Translations under genes and position numbers: made by a program
Assembly: GCA_004431415.1 (NCBI GenBank)
Contig: QPMI01000686.1
Coordinates: forward strand, 1 to 64,000
Length of the DNA stretch: 64,000 bases
Direction of reading: 5' to 3'
Origin: Cyanophora paradoxa CCMP329
Lineage: Eukaryota; Plantae; Glaucophyta
Notes under the pieces: model-generated
Databases searched by the model: none
What the model was told of the DNA's origin: nothing
Seen by the model: the letters and a program-made list of their open reading frames with translations, nothing else
Shown here: one piece after another, positions 54,002 to 64,000 of the stretch
How positions within the stretch are numbered: the first letter of the stretch is position 1
How the letters are laid out: each line of letters opens with the position of its first letter

Positions 54002-57000
54002 CTGTACTCCCAGCCCGGGCGCCCCGGGCCCCCGTTGCCGTCCCCCTCGTCCGGCTTGCGCCGCGAGTAGCCCTGCGGGGCGGCGGGGGCGGCGCGTCAG
54101 CGTTGGGGAGAGGCGAGTCCGGCGGGCGAGTGGGGCGAACGTTCAGCTGGAGGCCCTTGGACTGGTACTTGATGCCCAGCCCGAAGTCCCACTTCTCGCC
54201 CCCGACGTTCACCATCACCGTCCCCGTGATCTGCGCGAGAGGACGTAGCGGAGTCACGCCGGCGGGCCGGTGTGGAAGGCGGGAGGCGGGCGGGCGGGGG
54301 GCGCACGCGGCCGAGGGCGCTGGTGGTGATGCCGAGCTTGCGCGAGGCCTCGTACGACCCGAAGAAGCTGCCCGGGGGCGCGGGCGCGGGGTCGGCCCGG
54401 GAGCGAGGACGGGGAGGGGGGAGGGCGAGGGCGCGCACCGGCGGTTGGACTGGAGGGCGATGCGCTGGCCGAAGTTCGGCTCCGGGGGCCCCTTCTGCAC
54501 CGTCACCACCAGCCGCTGCCCCGCCCCCGCCCGGTCACCGAGGCGAGGGGAGGGGCCGCGGCGGGCGGGCGGGCGGGCCTGCTGGTCGAGCGGCGCGCCG
54601 GCGTTCTCGTGGCCCGAGACGAGCGCCTTGCACCCGTACATCATCTGCCCGGGCGGCTCGAGCCGGCGGCGCGAGGGAGCGGAGCCGGCCGGGCGAGCGC
54701 GGACGGACCGGGGCGACGCCGACGTAGATGACGGTCGTGCCGACAGGCAGCGCCTCCGCCAGCGACTGCCACGCCCGTCAGCCGGCCCCGGGCGAGGGGA
54801 GGGGTGGGGCGGGGCGGGGCGGGATGAGCGGGGAGGGGCGGGCCGTGGGGGCGGGGCGCTCGGCGAGGGCCTCCTGCGTGTCGCTCCCGGGGGCCCCCCG
54901 CCGCGCCTCGTACACCGCCGTCTGCCGCGCCCGCTCAGCCCCAGGACCCGGGAGGGGGGGAAGGGGGCGGGGGGAGGGGCGGACGTCGGTGGGGGGCACG
55001 GCGACGAGGGCGGGGAAGGCGGTCTCCTCCGCCGCGTACCGCCGCCGCTGCTCCCCCGTCGACTTCCTGCCCCGCCCGCCCCTCAGCCCCGCCGCCCCCG
55101 CTCCGCCTCCAGCGCGGGGGCGGACCGCTCGACGCCCTCGAAGACGCGGACGGTGAGGAGCACCTCCGCCGTGCTCACGTCCAGGCCCTGCCCCGCCCCG
55201 GCCCTCAGGCGGGAGGCGAGGGGCGGGCCGGGGCGGGCCGGGGGGCGGACCTGCTTGGACATGTAGGTGCCGGCGAGCATGCCCATCGTGCGCGCGAAGT
55301 GCTGCCCCCCCATGTTCCCCTGCGCCGCGGCCCCCGTCAGCCCCCTCGCCCCTCCCCCTCCCCCCCGCCCCTCCCTTCCGGGCGGGCCTGGGGCAGGACG
55401 CGGCCGTCGCTGCGGACGGAGCAGGTGGCGTCGGCGACGCCCACCACCAGCGCGTCCCGCAGGTACGGCCACCTGCGCCCCGCCGGTCAGAGGAGGGGAG
55501 GGGCGCCGCCGCGTGCGCCGCCCCCGGACCCGACGAGGCAGGGCTTGTTGAGGCAGGCGTCGGCCCAGGCGCGGGCGGTGGCCCACTGGGCGTGCTCGGG
55601 CTTCTTCTCGCGGAGGCCGACGTGGATCACCACGCTCTCCTTCCGCGAGTTCCCTGCCCGCCCCCCCCGCATCGGCGCCGAGGAGGAGGAGGGCGGGAGG
55701 GGTCGGCGGACCCATGCCGAAGACGTTGATGCCGGCGACCTTGCGCTCGGCGTGCATGGGGAGGGTCTTGAGGGTCGGGAAGCCGGCCGGGCAGTGCATC
55801 CCCGAGCGCGCCCCCGGCAGCCGCACCGGCACGAACCCGTGCGCCGCCTGCCCCGCCCCGCGCGCCTCAGCTCCGCGCAGGCCTGGGCCGGGCGCCCGCC
55901 GGCTACGGGCGGCGCACCTGGGGCACGGGCCGGGCCTCGACGAGGCAGCGGGAGGCCTCGAGGTCGGGGATCACGCCGGGCAGCGTCGAGGCCGCCGGCG
56001 CCGCCTCCGCCGACTCCTGCGCACGCGCACGCCCGCCCTCTTGAGGAGGCGCCCTCGAGCAAGCCGGGGGCGCAGCGGGGAGCGCACGGCCCAGCGGAAG
56101 TGGATGGCCACGCCGAAGGCGTTGCGCCGACGCTCGCCCTCGGAGAGGCTCGCCTCCACCTCCGCCTCCTCCGTTGCCGCCACCAGCCGCTGCACACGCA
56201 CACACGGGACGTCGGCCGCCGCCGCCGGAGGGGCCCCGGGCGCCCCCCTCGGACCTGGGCGTCGATGAAGGGGATGAGGACGACGCCCTCCCACTCGTTC
56301 CGCGTCCCCTCCCTGCGCCCCGCAGCGGGGGCCCGTGAGCCAGGGGGAACCGCAGAGCGGGAGCTCATATATATTGGAGTCGGGCGGGGCGGACCGGTCG
56401 ATCTTGAAGTCCTCGGGGTAGTACTCGCGGAGGGGCGAGGCGGACTCGAGCATGAGGGCGCGGTAGACGGGCGGGAGCGCGTGCGCCGAGGCCGTCGGCA
56501 GGACGCCCAGCAGCTGCTGGAAGGGCCGGAACGGCGTCCCCATCTCCAGCCGCACCTGCGCGCCACTGCTCTCAGAGGAGGGCGGCCGGCGTCTTTGAGA
56601 GGAACGGGGGGCGGGGGCGGGCCTCCTTCTGGAGCTCGACGAGGCCGCTCATGTCCGAGGCGAAGGGGGCGTAGTGGTACGGGTAGAACCAGCCCCACGA
56701 CTGCACCCTGCGCCCCCGCGTTCAGCTCGCCGGAATCCCCCGGTCGGGCCTACCCTAGCCTAGGGGGAGAGGGGAGGAGGGGGCGTGCGGGCGGACCCCA
56801 TGTTGTAGTACTTGAGGACCCAGTTGAGGGCCTCGAGGTAGGAGAGGCGCATCTGGTGGAGCTGCTCCTCGAAGGTCCTGCCCCCCTTGCCCTCCCGCAT
56901 CTCCACCTTCTCCGCGTAGTACCGCACCTTCGCCTGCCCGTGGTCCTGCACGCACCGCCGGCCCGCCTCGGCGGGGGCCGGAGGGAGCGCGGGGGCGGGG

Positions 57001-59693
57001 CGGGGCAGGGCGGACGGCGCCGGAGCCGAGGAGGAGGTCGCAGAGGTCGTCGTCCGACGGCTGCAGCGGCTCCCCCTGCCCCCGCCACGCCCCCCGTGGG
57101 CAAGACGGCGGCGGCGGGCGGGGGGCGGGCGGGCGCACGCAGATGGGGCTGGGGACGGCGAGGCGCATGGCGGCGATGGCGCGGTCGACCTGCCCGCCGC
57201 CCCGCCGGCGTCGGGCGCGCAGGCGGCGGGGCGGGGCGGCGGGGGCGGGGCCGGGGCGGACCTTGAGGCCCTCGGCGACCTCGTCCTCGCTGTCCGCGTC
57301 CGCCTCCGTGTCCTCCCCCGTCCCCTCCCCCGGCCCCACCCCCGCACCCGCCCCCGCACCCGCACCCGCACCCGCATCCGCCGCTGCTGGGCCGCGTGAG
57401 TGCGCGTGTGAGCCGGGCGAGGGGGCGGGGGGAGGGACGGGGCACCGGAGACGGCGACGAAGGGGACGAGCTTGCGGCCGGGGCCGGCCTCGGGGGCCTC
57501 CTTGGGGGCCCCCTCCTTGCCGTGGCCGGCCTTGTGGCCGGCCTCGGGCTCCCCCGTGAGGGTGAAGCCGTCGTCGTCCTTGCCCTTGCCCCGCCGCCGC
57601 GCCCGCTTCCCCCCCTTGGGCTTGGGCGTCGCCTCCATCCACTCGGGCCGCGCGTGCGCCTGGGGGCCCCAAGCAGGCGAGCGCTCAGTGCGAGACCGCA
57701 CCCGCGAGCTGCGGGAGACGGCGGGGGCGGGCGTGGGGGCGGACCTGCTTGCCCTTGAGGTACTTGTCGTCCTCCGCCCGGTCCGCCAGCACCTGCGGCC
57801 CCGCCCGCCGCCCCGCTCAGCCGCCGGAGAGGGAGGGAGAGGGCGGGGCGGGGCGGGCCTGGCGCTCGGCGTCGCCGATGGCGGCGAGGAAGCGCTCGAG
57901 GCGGGCGGGGTGGAGCTCGCTGCGGTCGACGATGTAGCCGCCGAGCTGCGGGAGGACCTCCTTGTACATGGAGAACATCGAGTCCAGCGCCCCCTCCGCG
58001 ATGTCCATCGTCGGCAGGTGCGGCACGAAGTCGTTCCCCACGAACATGCACCTGCGAGGCCCCGCGCCTCAGCGGGGCCCGCCGGCGGGGAGAAGCGGGG
58101 GCGCGCGCATGAGGATGAAGTCGTCGATGATGCGCTCGATGTCGTACGGGAAGGAGAGCTTGGCCCGCAGCTCCCCAAAGTCCTGCGGGGCAGGAGCCGG
58201 GCCCGGCGCTCAGGGGGGCGGGGGGGAGGCAGGGGCACGCGCGGGGCGCCTCGGGGCCGCACGAGGTCGAGGTACTCGCGGAGGAGGGAGATGGAGAGGA
58301 TCTGGAACTCGTCCGCCTTCTCCAGCGCCTCCGCCTTCGCCGTCGGCGCCGCCTGCCCCCGAGCGCCCTCAGACCGGGCCCCGGCCCTCGCGGAGCGGGG
58401 CGGCGCACCTTGAGCTTGTCCTTGTTCCGCGCCGCCGGCTTGAAAGAGATCACCTGGGTCGGGTTGAGGGGGGGACGTGCGCGGGGGGGTAGGGGCGGCT
58501 CGCCTCGCGGAGGAGCGCGAAGTGCGCCTCGTGGGAGGCCAGCGAGAGCATGATCAGGTCCGCATCCAGCTGCGCGCGGGGGGGTACGCGTCGCCACGGG
58601 GGGAGGGGCGCTCGCGGAGGAGGACGAGGAGGGGTACCCCGTAGAGGAGGTGGCGCTCGTTGGGGTCGTGGTCGGGCTGCGCGCGGCGGTCCCGGATCCA
58701 CTCCATGATCTTGTGCTCGCCCTCCCCGGGCACCTGGCGCGCGGGCGCCGCGCTCGGACGGGGGTAGCGGCGCGTGCGGGGGTACGGCGAATCCGGGTGC
58801 ACCTCGTGGCCGGAGAAGACGACGTGCATTCCCTGCCAGATTCGGTCCTCCTCCATCTTCTTACGGATGAAGAACTGCGGGGAGCGGGGCGGGCGCCGCG
58901 TGAGGGCCAGGGTCGCCGGGGGCGCCGCAGGGGGCCGGCGGGCGCGCCTTCAGGTGCTCAGAGAGCTTCGCCATGAACTCGGTACCCGGGGTGATGACGT
59001 TGGAGTCAAAGGGCTGCGCGGGGGACGTCGGGGGGCGGTGGGGCGGGCGGAGCGCGGGGCGGGCACCTTCTCCTCGGGGATCTTCTCGCCGCGCGCCTTC
59101 GCTGCCTGGCGGGGGGCTCGCTCGCGCTCTGAGGGAATAAGGGAGCGAGGCGTGCCTGGATGGCCTCGGCCTGGTCGCGGGCGGCGCGGAAGCGGCGGCA
59201 GCGCTGCTGGTTCATCTTCGCGCGGGGGGCGACGCCTGCGCGGGGGCGGCTCGGCCTCGCAGGCGGAAGAGACGGCAGCTAAGCGGGCGCGCCGTCGATG
59301 GCCATGAAGAGGAGCTTGCGGGGCTTGGCGAGCTGCACGAGCTTGTCCACGTACTTGAAGACGCCGAGCACCATGTCCTTCTCGCTGATGCGGTGCGCCA
59401 CGTCGTCCTTCGCGTCCTTGTGCGTGCACGCGTGGATGATCCCGTTCATGTCCAGGTACAGGTTGTCTGCCGGGCGCGCGCGGGGACGTCAGCCGAGGCT
59501 CGGGGACGCGGCCATCGGGCTCGGGTCCGATCCGGGGGGCCGCGGCGCGCGCTGACCGAACTCGGGGACAGCATTCTCGCCGACAGGGTGGTTCACGAGC
59601 GGGTATCGCTCGGAGAGCCAGCGGTAGAACTGCGCGGCGTGAGGCGCGCCCGGAGCCCCGCCGATGCCCATTTCGCACCTTCGGTATACCCAT
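51533..59693 (-). CDS. XRN1: 5'-3' exoribonuclease 1
   Basis: MGIPK|[25 protein letters not shown]|[40 protein letters not shown] and [15 protein letters not shown]1-type SH3-like domain [23 protein letters not shown]. The C-terminal frame is disturbed by G/C-run indels. Confidence 0.95.
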
Positions 59694-59954
59694 GGATCAC
59701 AGCTATGGCCCGATCGCTGGTCTACGTGCGCTTTCTCGTCCCGCGCTGGAAGACGTCGGAGCCGGGCTCTTCTGCCTATCAGAAATGCACTACTGTTGAG
59801 AGCCTAGGCCGCAGGAACTCGTCCCCGAACGTTCCTACGAAGACGCGCAATTGAAAGAGGGGTAGATGCAGCCGACCAGGGGAGGGAGCGATTTGGGGCT
59901 ACAGGTTCGCTGGGGGAAAAAAAGAGCTGAGGTGGCCGCGGCCGGACTGAAGGG

Positions 59955-62223
59955 ATGGCGTCGTCATCGTCAACGTCAGGTCCGTCTGACTGCCAGCGCC
60001 GCGCTCCCTTGTGTTTAGCTGGAGACCCCCCCGCTGCGCACGTCGATCTAGACTTCCCAACACTTCGTAGCGGGCGCGCGCTGCGCGGCCAGCTAGGTTC
60101 TTCCGGCGACTCCCTTTACATCGAAAGCTTTTGCCCGCCGCCCCACCGGCAGATAGTAGCGCACGCACATTGCAGAGCATCTCTGCCTCGCCTGATGTTG
60201 TCTGTCCTCCGCGTCCTCGCACCGACAGATCGAAGGCAACTACTACAGAACATCAACGCGCTGCGCCAGAGCCTAGGGACCCTCGAGTTCACTAAGTTGC
60301 AACCTCAACCGGACGACAGCAGCCGCCACTCCCCGGTTCTGCCCCGGACGCTCGAATCGGCGACCAGCGGCCACCACTCCCCAGTTCTGCCCCGGACGCT
60401 CGAGTCGGCAACCAGCAACTCGACCCCGCCGCCTCCTTCGCCCGGGAGCGGCCCGCAGTCGGCCCGCCATCTTAGGAGGTTCTCGGCGCCCGACGGGCAT
60501 GCGATCGAGGATCCGGAGAAGGCGAAGGCGGTGGTGCAGAGCCAGCTGAGGGACCTGTACACGCAGCTGCAGTCGCTCAGCGTCTGGGCGCACGAGGTCG
60601 CCGGCACCGAGATGCTCGACGACGACGGCGGGAGCAGCGCCTCCAACTCGATGCGCCTCGTCGCGCCGGCCGCCTCCGCCCCGCACGGCCTCCACCGCGC
60701 CTCCTCCACCGGCGCCTCCACCCCGGCCCCCTCCGTCGACTCGGAGGACGCCGGCGCCCTCCGCACGGAGCTGCGCATCGCCCGCGCGCAGGTCGCCGCC
60801 CTCGAGCACGCCCTCGGTGAGATTCGATCCCGGCCGGCCGAGATTCGATCCCGCTCGGTTTCGAGTGCCGCCGGCAGGGAACGCGGCGGCGGAGGTGCGC
60901 AAGTCGGACGGGAGCCCGAAGACGGCATCGCCCACGCAGCCGCAGCAGCCGCAGCCGCAGCCGAAGGAGGCCGAGGCCGTCCTCGCGCACTGCGACGCCG
61001 TCCTGACCCAGGTGCGCGAGGCCGCGCGCCCCCCGGATGCAGCCCGGCCGGCCGCCTCCGACCCCGCCGAAGGTGCTGAAGAGCGCGGAGAGCGGGATCG
61101 TGGGCCGCAAGGAGCGGGACCTGGTCCGCTCGGCGGTCTCCAACGCGCGCCAGCAGCTCCGCCGCCGCAGCTCCCTCTCCCTCGCGCCCCCGCCCGGGGC
61201 CCCCGGCGCAGACGGCACCCTCACCCCGCGCTCCGAGGGGAGCGCCGTCGCCCTCTCCTCCCCGGGGCCCTCCCCCCGCACCCCGTCCTCCATCCCCCGC
61301 CCGGCCTCGGCGCGCGCGGCCGCCGCCGGCGTCGCCGTGCCGCCGCTGCGCGTGCGCTCCTCGGCGCCCAAGGCCAAGGAGGCGGCGGCGGCCCCGGCGG
61401 CGGCCCCGGCGACGGCGGCGTCGCCGCGGGCGTCGCGGCCGTCGCCGCGGGGCGGGGGCGGCGCGTCGAAGGAGGAGCTGGACGCCCTGCGCGCCTCGCT
61501 CGAGTCCCAGGCCGCCGTCAACAAGGTCCGCCCCGCACCGGGCCGACTCGACGCGCCCTCCCCGCCCGAGCCGCCCCGCGCCAGGTGCTGGAGGCGGAGC
61601 TGGCGCAGCGGGCGGGCGGGGAGGCGGCGCTGCGGGCGGAGGCGGCCGAGCTGCGGGAGGGCCTCCGCCGCGCCACCAGCGAGCTCCTCGTGCGCCGCGA
61701 GGAGCTCTGCACCAAGGCCGAGCAGGCGAGGAGCTCTGCCCGCCCCCGCCACCCTGCAGGCGCCTCGGCGGGCGGCTCACGGGCCGGCCTCCCCGCGCAG
61801 GTGGCCCTCGCGCGGGTGCGGATCGCGGAGCTCGAGGAGGAGCTCGAGGCGGCGCGGCGCGCCCTCCGCTCCCGCCGCCGCCTGCGCGCCTCGGACGCCA
61901 GCGAGGGCGACGAGGAGGGCGACGAGGCCGCCGCCCCGGGGGCCGCCCCGGGGACGGCTGCGCCAAGCGCGGCCGCGTCGGCCCCGGGCCGCACAGCCAG
62001 GCGCGCCCCGCCGGCCCGCCCGCCCCCCGCTGCCGGCGTCGTTGGCGTTCGAATTCTGACCCCTTCGCTCGCGCCCCGCAGAGCTTCATCCAGGGGGTCT
62101 TCGCCTGCCTCGCCCCCAACTTCTAGGCCCGCGGCGCCCAGACCAGGCCCCAGGCCCCGGCCCCCGGCCCCCGCAAGCACCGAGAGGGCGGGCCCCCCGC
62201 CCCCGCCCCGCCTCCCTCTGTAG
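59955..62223 (+). CDS. Hypothetical Ser/Pro-rich coiled-coil protein
   Basis: Exons RRQLLQNINALRQSL, LRTELRIARAQVAALEHAL and ALARVRIAELEEELEAARR; stop approximate. Confidence 0.55.
60323..60416 (+). repeat. In-frame 48-bp tandem duplication (HSPVLPRTLESATS x2)
   Basis: CACTCCCC.GTTCTGCCCCGGACGCTCGA at 60327 and 60375. Confidence 0.9.
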
Positions 62224-62419
62224 CCATACAATGTATTTTACAGCCAGGCGCGCGCCGCGGCGTGGCGTCCCTGTGGATGTACACGTGTGCGCTAGGTAGC
62301 ACACTCGTTTGAAGTCCTTGACATTTTGCGATTAGCAGTCGAGATCGGTGCCGAGAGCTGAATTTTCATCCGAGTTCCGCTCGCGTTGCGCGTATGTACA
62401 GTTGCGAGGCCCAGGCCTC

Positions 62420-63705
62420 TCAGACGGCCACCTCGCCGCCCCCCGAGCCGGCCCCGAAGCCGTACTTGTCTGCGGGGGTACGCCCCTCGAGGTGAGCGGG
62501 GTACGCTCCTTCGGACGGAGGCGAGGGGGGCCGACCGCGGAGGGCCTGGACAGCGGGGGGGCGGGACCGGCCCGCCCTCCTGCGCCCCGGCGAGTCGGGG
62601 ATCGCCAGGGTCACCGTCTGCGGGGGGAGGGGTACGGCGTCAGGAGCGACGCCGGGGGTACATGTGCAGGAAATGCAGGAAACGGGGGTGCGGGGCGGAC
62701 GTCGTGGCGGGCGCGCTCGGCGGAGATGGCTCCAGAGATGTACATCACCACCGCCGCGTTCACGAGCTGCGGGGTACGTTATTCGAGGCGCGTGGAGGGG
62801 GTACACGTGCGCGGCGGGCCTGGATGCCCGTGACAACCAGGAGGATGATGCCGGCCGCTCTGTCGCCAGCGTCCACGGCGCGCGTGAGCTCGAGCTGAGG
62901 GTACGTGCGCGGGCGCAGGCCAGGGTGGCGGGGGCGAGGGTCGGGGCGCCTTATGTTGTTGAGGATCCAGCCTTGCACTGTGCCGCCCTGAATGTCGTAC
63001 TCCTGACTCTTCTCGTCGACAACGCGCGCGATCCTGGGAGCACTGGGTCACGGGCGGCGGCAAAGCGAGGCACGGGATCCCGGCATGCTTGGCTGCGCCG
63101 TGCGGGCGCACTGTTCGCTGCGGACAATGGCAAGGATTCCGATGACGAGCTGGATCACCGTCAGGGGCAGGAGCGCCCAGAGGTAGCTCCGCGCCCAAAG
63201 CGTCAGCCAGCCCGGCCCAACCTCGAGGCGGGAGGCGTGCGCAGTGCAGCGGCGAGCGCGGAAAGGGGCAGTTATAGCTAAGTTTTGCGCTCGAGTTGTG
63301 TCGACGCGGCCGCGAGCGCCGCACGGAGGGCGCACAATGAAAGGCAAGTCCGTGCCTTCGTCAGTACGCCGCACACGGCAAGGAGCGCTGCGGCCGCATC
63401 ACAAACGAGCCTCAGATTCAGTTGAATGTGCGCGCGGGCGCCGGCGCTGACCGAGGGCGATGATGCCAGCTCCAAGTACGATGGCGAGGATCGGCGTCCA
63501 GTTGGCCGTCCCCTTCGCTCGCACCACCACCGACGCGAAGCCGACGATAACGCATCCGAGGACCTGCGCGGGGCGCCGGGAGCTCGCATAAGACGACGAG
63601 AGCGTGTTGGCGGTCCAGGACACCGAGCAGGGCGGCATCATGGCATACCATGAGAAGCGCGTTGATGGCGAAGACGCCGCAGCGCGCGGCGCCAGCTGTA
63701 GCCAT
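62420..63705 (-). CDS. Tetraspanin-like four-TM membrane protein
   Basis: TM segments: VFAINALLM|VLGCVIVGFASVVV; ILAIVLGAGIIAL|ALLAVCGV; YLWALLPLTVIQLVIGILAIV; AAGIILLVVTGIQ|LVNAAVVMYI. No CCG motif seen. Confidence 0.6.
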
Positions 63706-63774
63706 CGGCGCTTCAAGTCGCGCTTGCGGTGCGGGGGTACCGGTGACTGGCGCTGGGAAACAGTTGCGGCGACG

Positions 63775-64000
63775 ATGGCGGGCGGTGAGCTCCGCGAGCG
63801 CCGCCTCGCACTCGGAAGGCGGCGGCGAAGCGCGTCGCCGCCGGCGTCGCTGTCCGTTGAGTCGGCGTTGACTTTTTCCATTCAGATTGGTCCAAACCCG
63901 TGTCTGGCCCTCGCGGGCAGTACGAGAAGCTCAGCGCATTCGGCAAGGCGCTATGGTCGCTGCACGCATTCTGGGTGAAGTACCAGGTCATCACCGGAAC
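63775..64000 (+). CDS. 5' part of a small protein resembling the serine palmitoyltransferase small subunit
   Basis: MAG|gtgagc..cag|DWSKPV..WSLHAFWVKYQVITGT; resembles the ssSPT W..YQ.IT motif. Truncated by the window end. Confidence 0.4.

Overview
GC-rich, intron-dense eukaryotic nuclear DNA, with introns of about 50-130 bp and frequent GC-AG donors. Three plastid-targeted genes have Phe-containing transit-peptide starts (MAFTV, HAFVQ, HAFIP) and centrin is present, so a flagellated glaucophyte (Cyanophora-like) is the best inference. The ORF track is mostly noise, so genes were rebuilt by hand across splice sites and boundaries are approximate. Recognisable genes: TRANK1-like SF1 helicase, FIS1, plastid threonine synthase, a WD40 protein, a Tat-targeted lumenal TPR protein, centrin, CSP41a, enolase-phosphatase E1, XRN1, a tetraspanin-like protein and a possible SPT small subunit. 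Most notable: (1) a recent 599-bp miniature LTR element whose identical LTRs carry a tRNA-type Pol III promoter; (2) a RelE/ParE-like domain fused to a UvrD helicase, TPRs and a ~740-aa unknown module, a candidate defence protein; (3) a protein with three tandem Rho-type RNA-binding OB domains and no ATPase; (4) a CEP164-like WW/coiled-coil protein ending in a cyanobacterial HtrA-like PDZ domain; (5) local inverted gene-fragment copies, one of them chimeric; (6) a composite 184-bp/98-bp satellite with repeated CAGTA-loop hairpins. All domain calls are by-eye motif recognition, not database searches.
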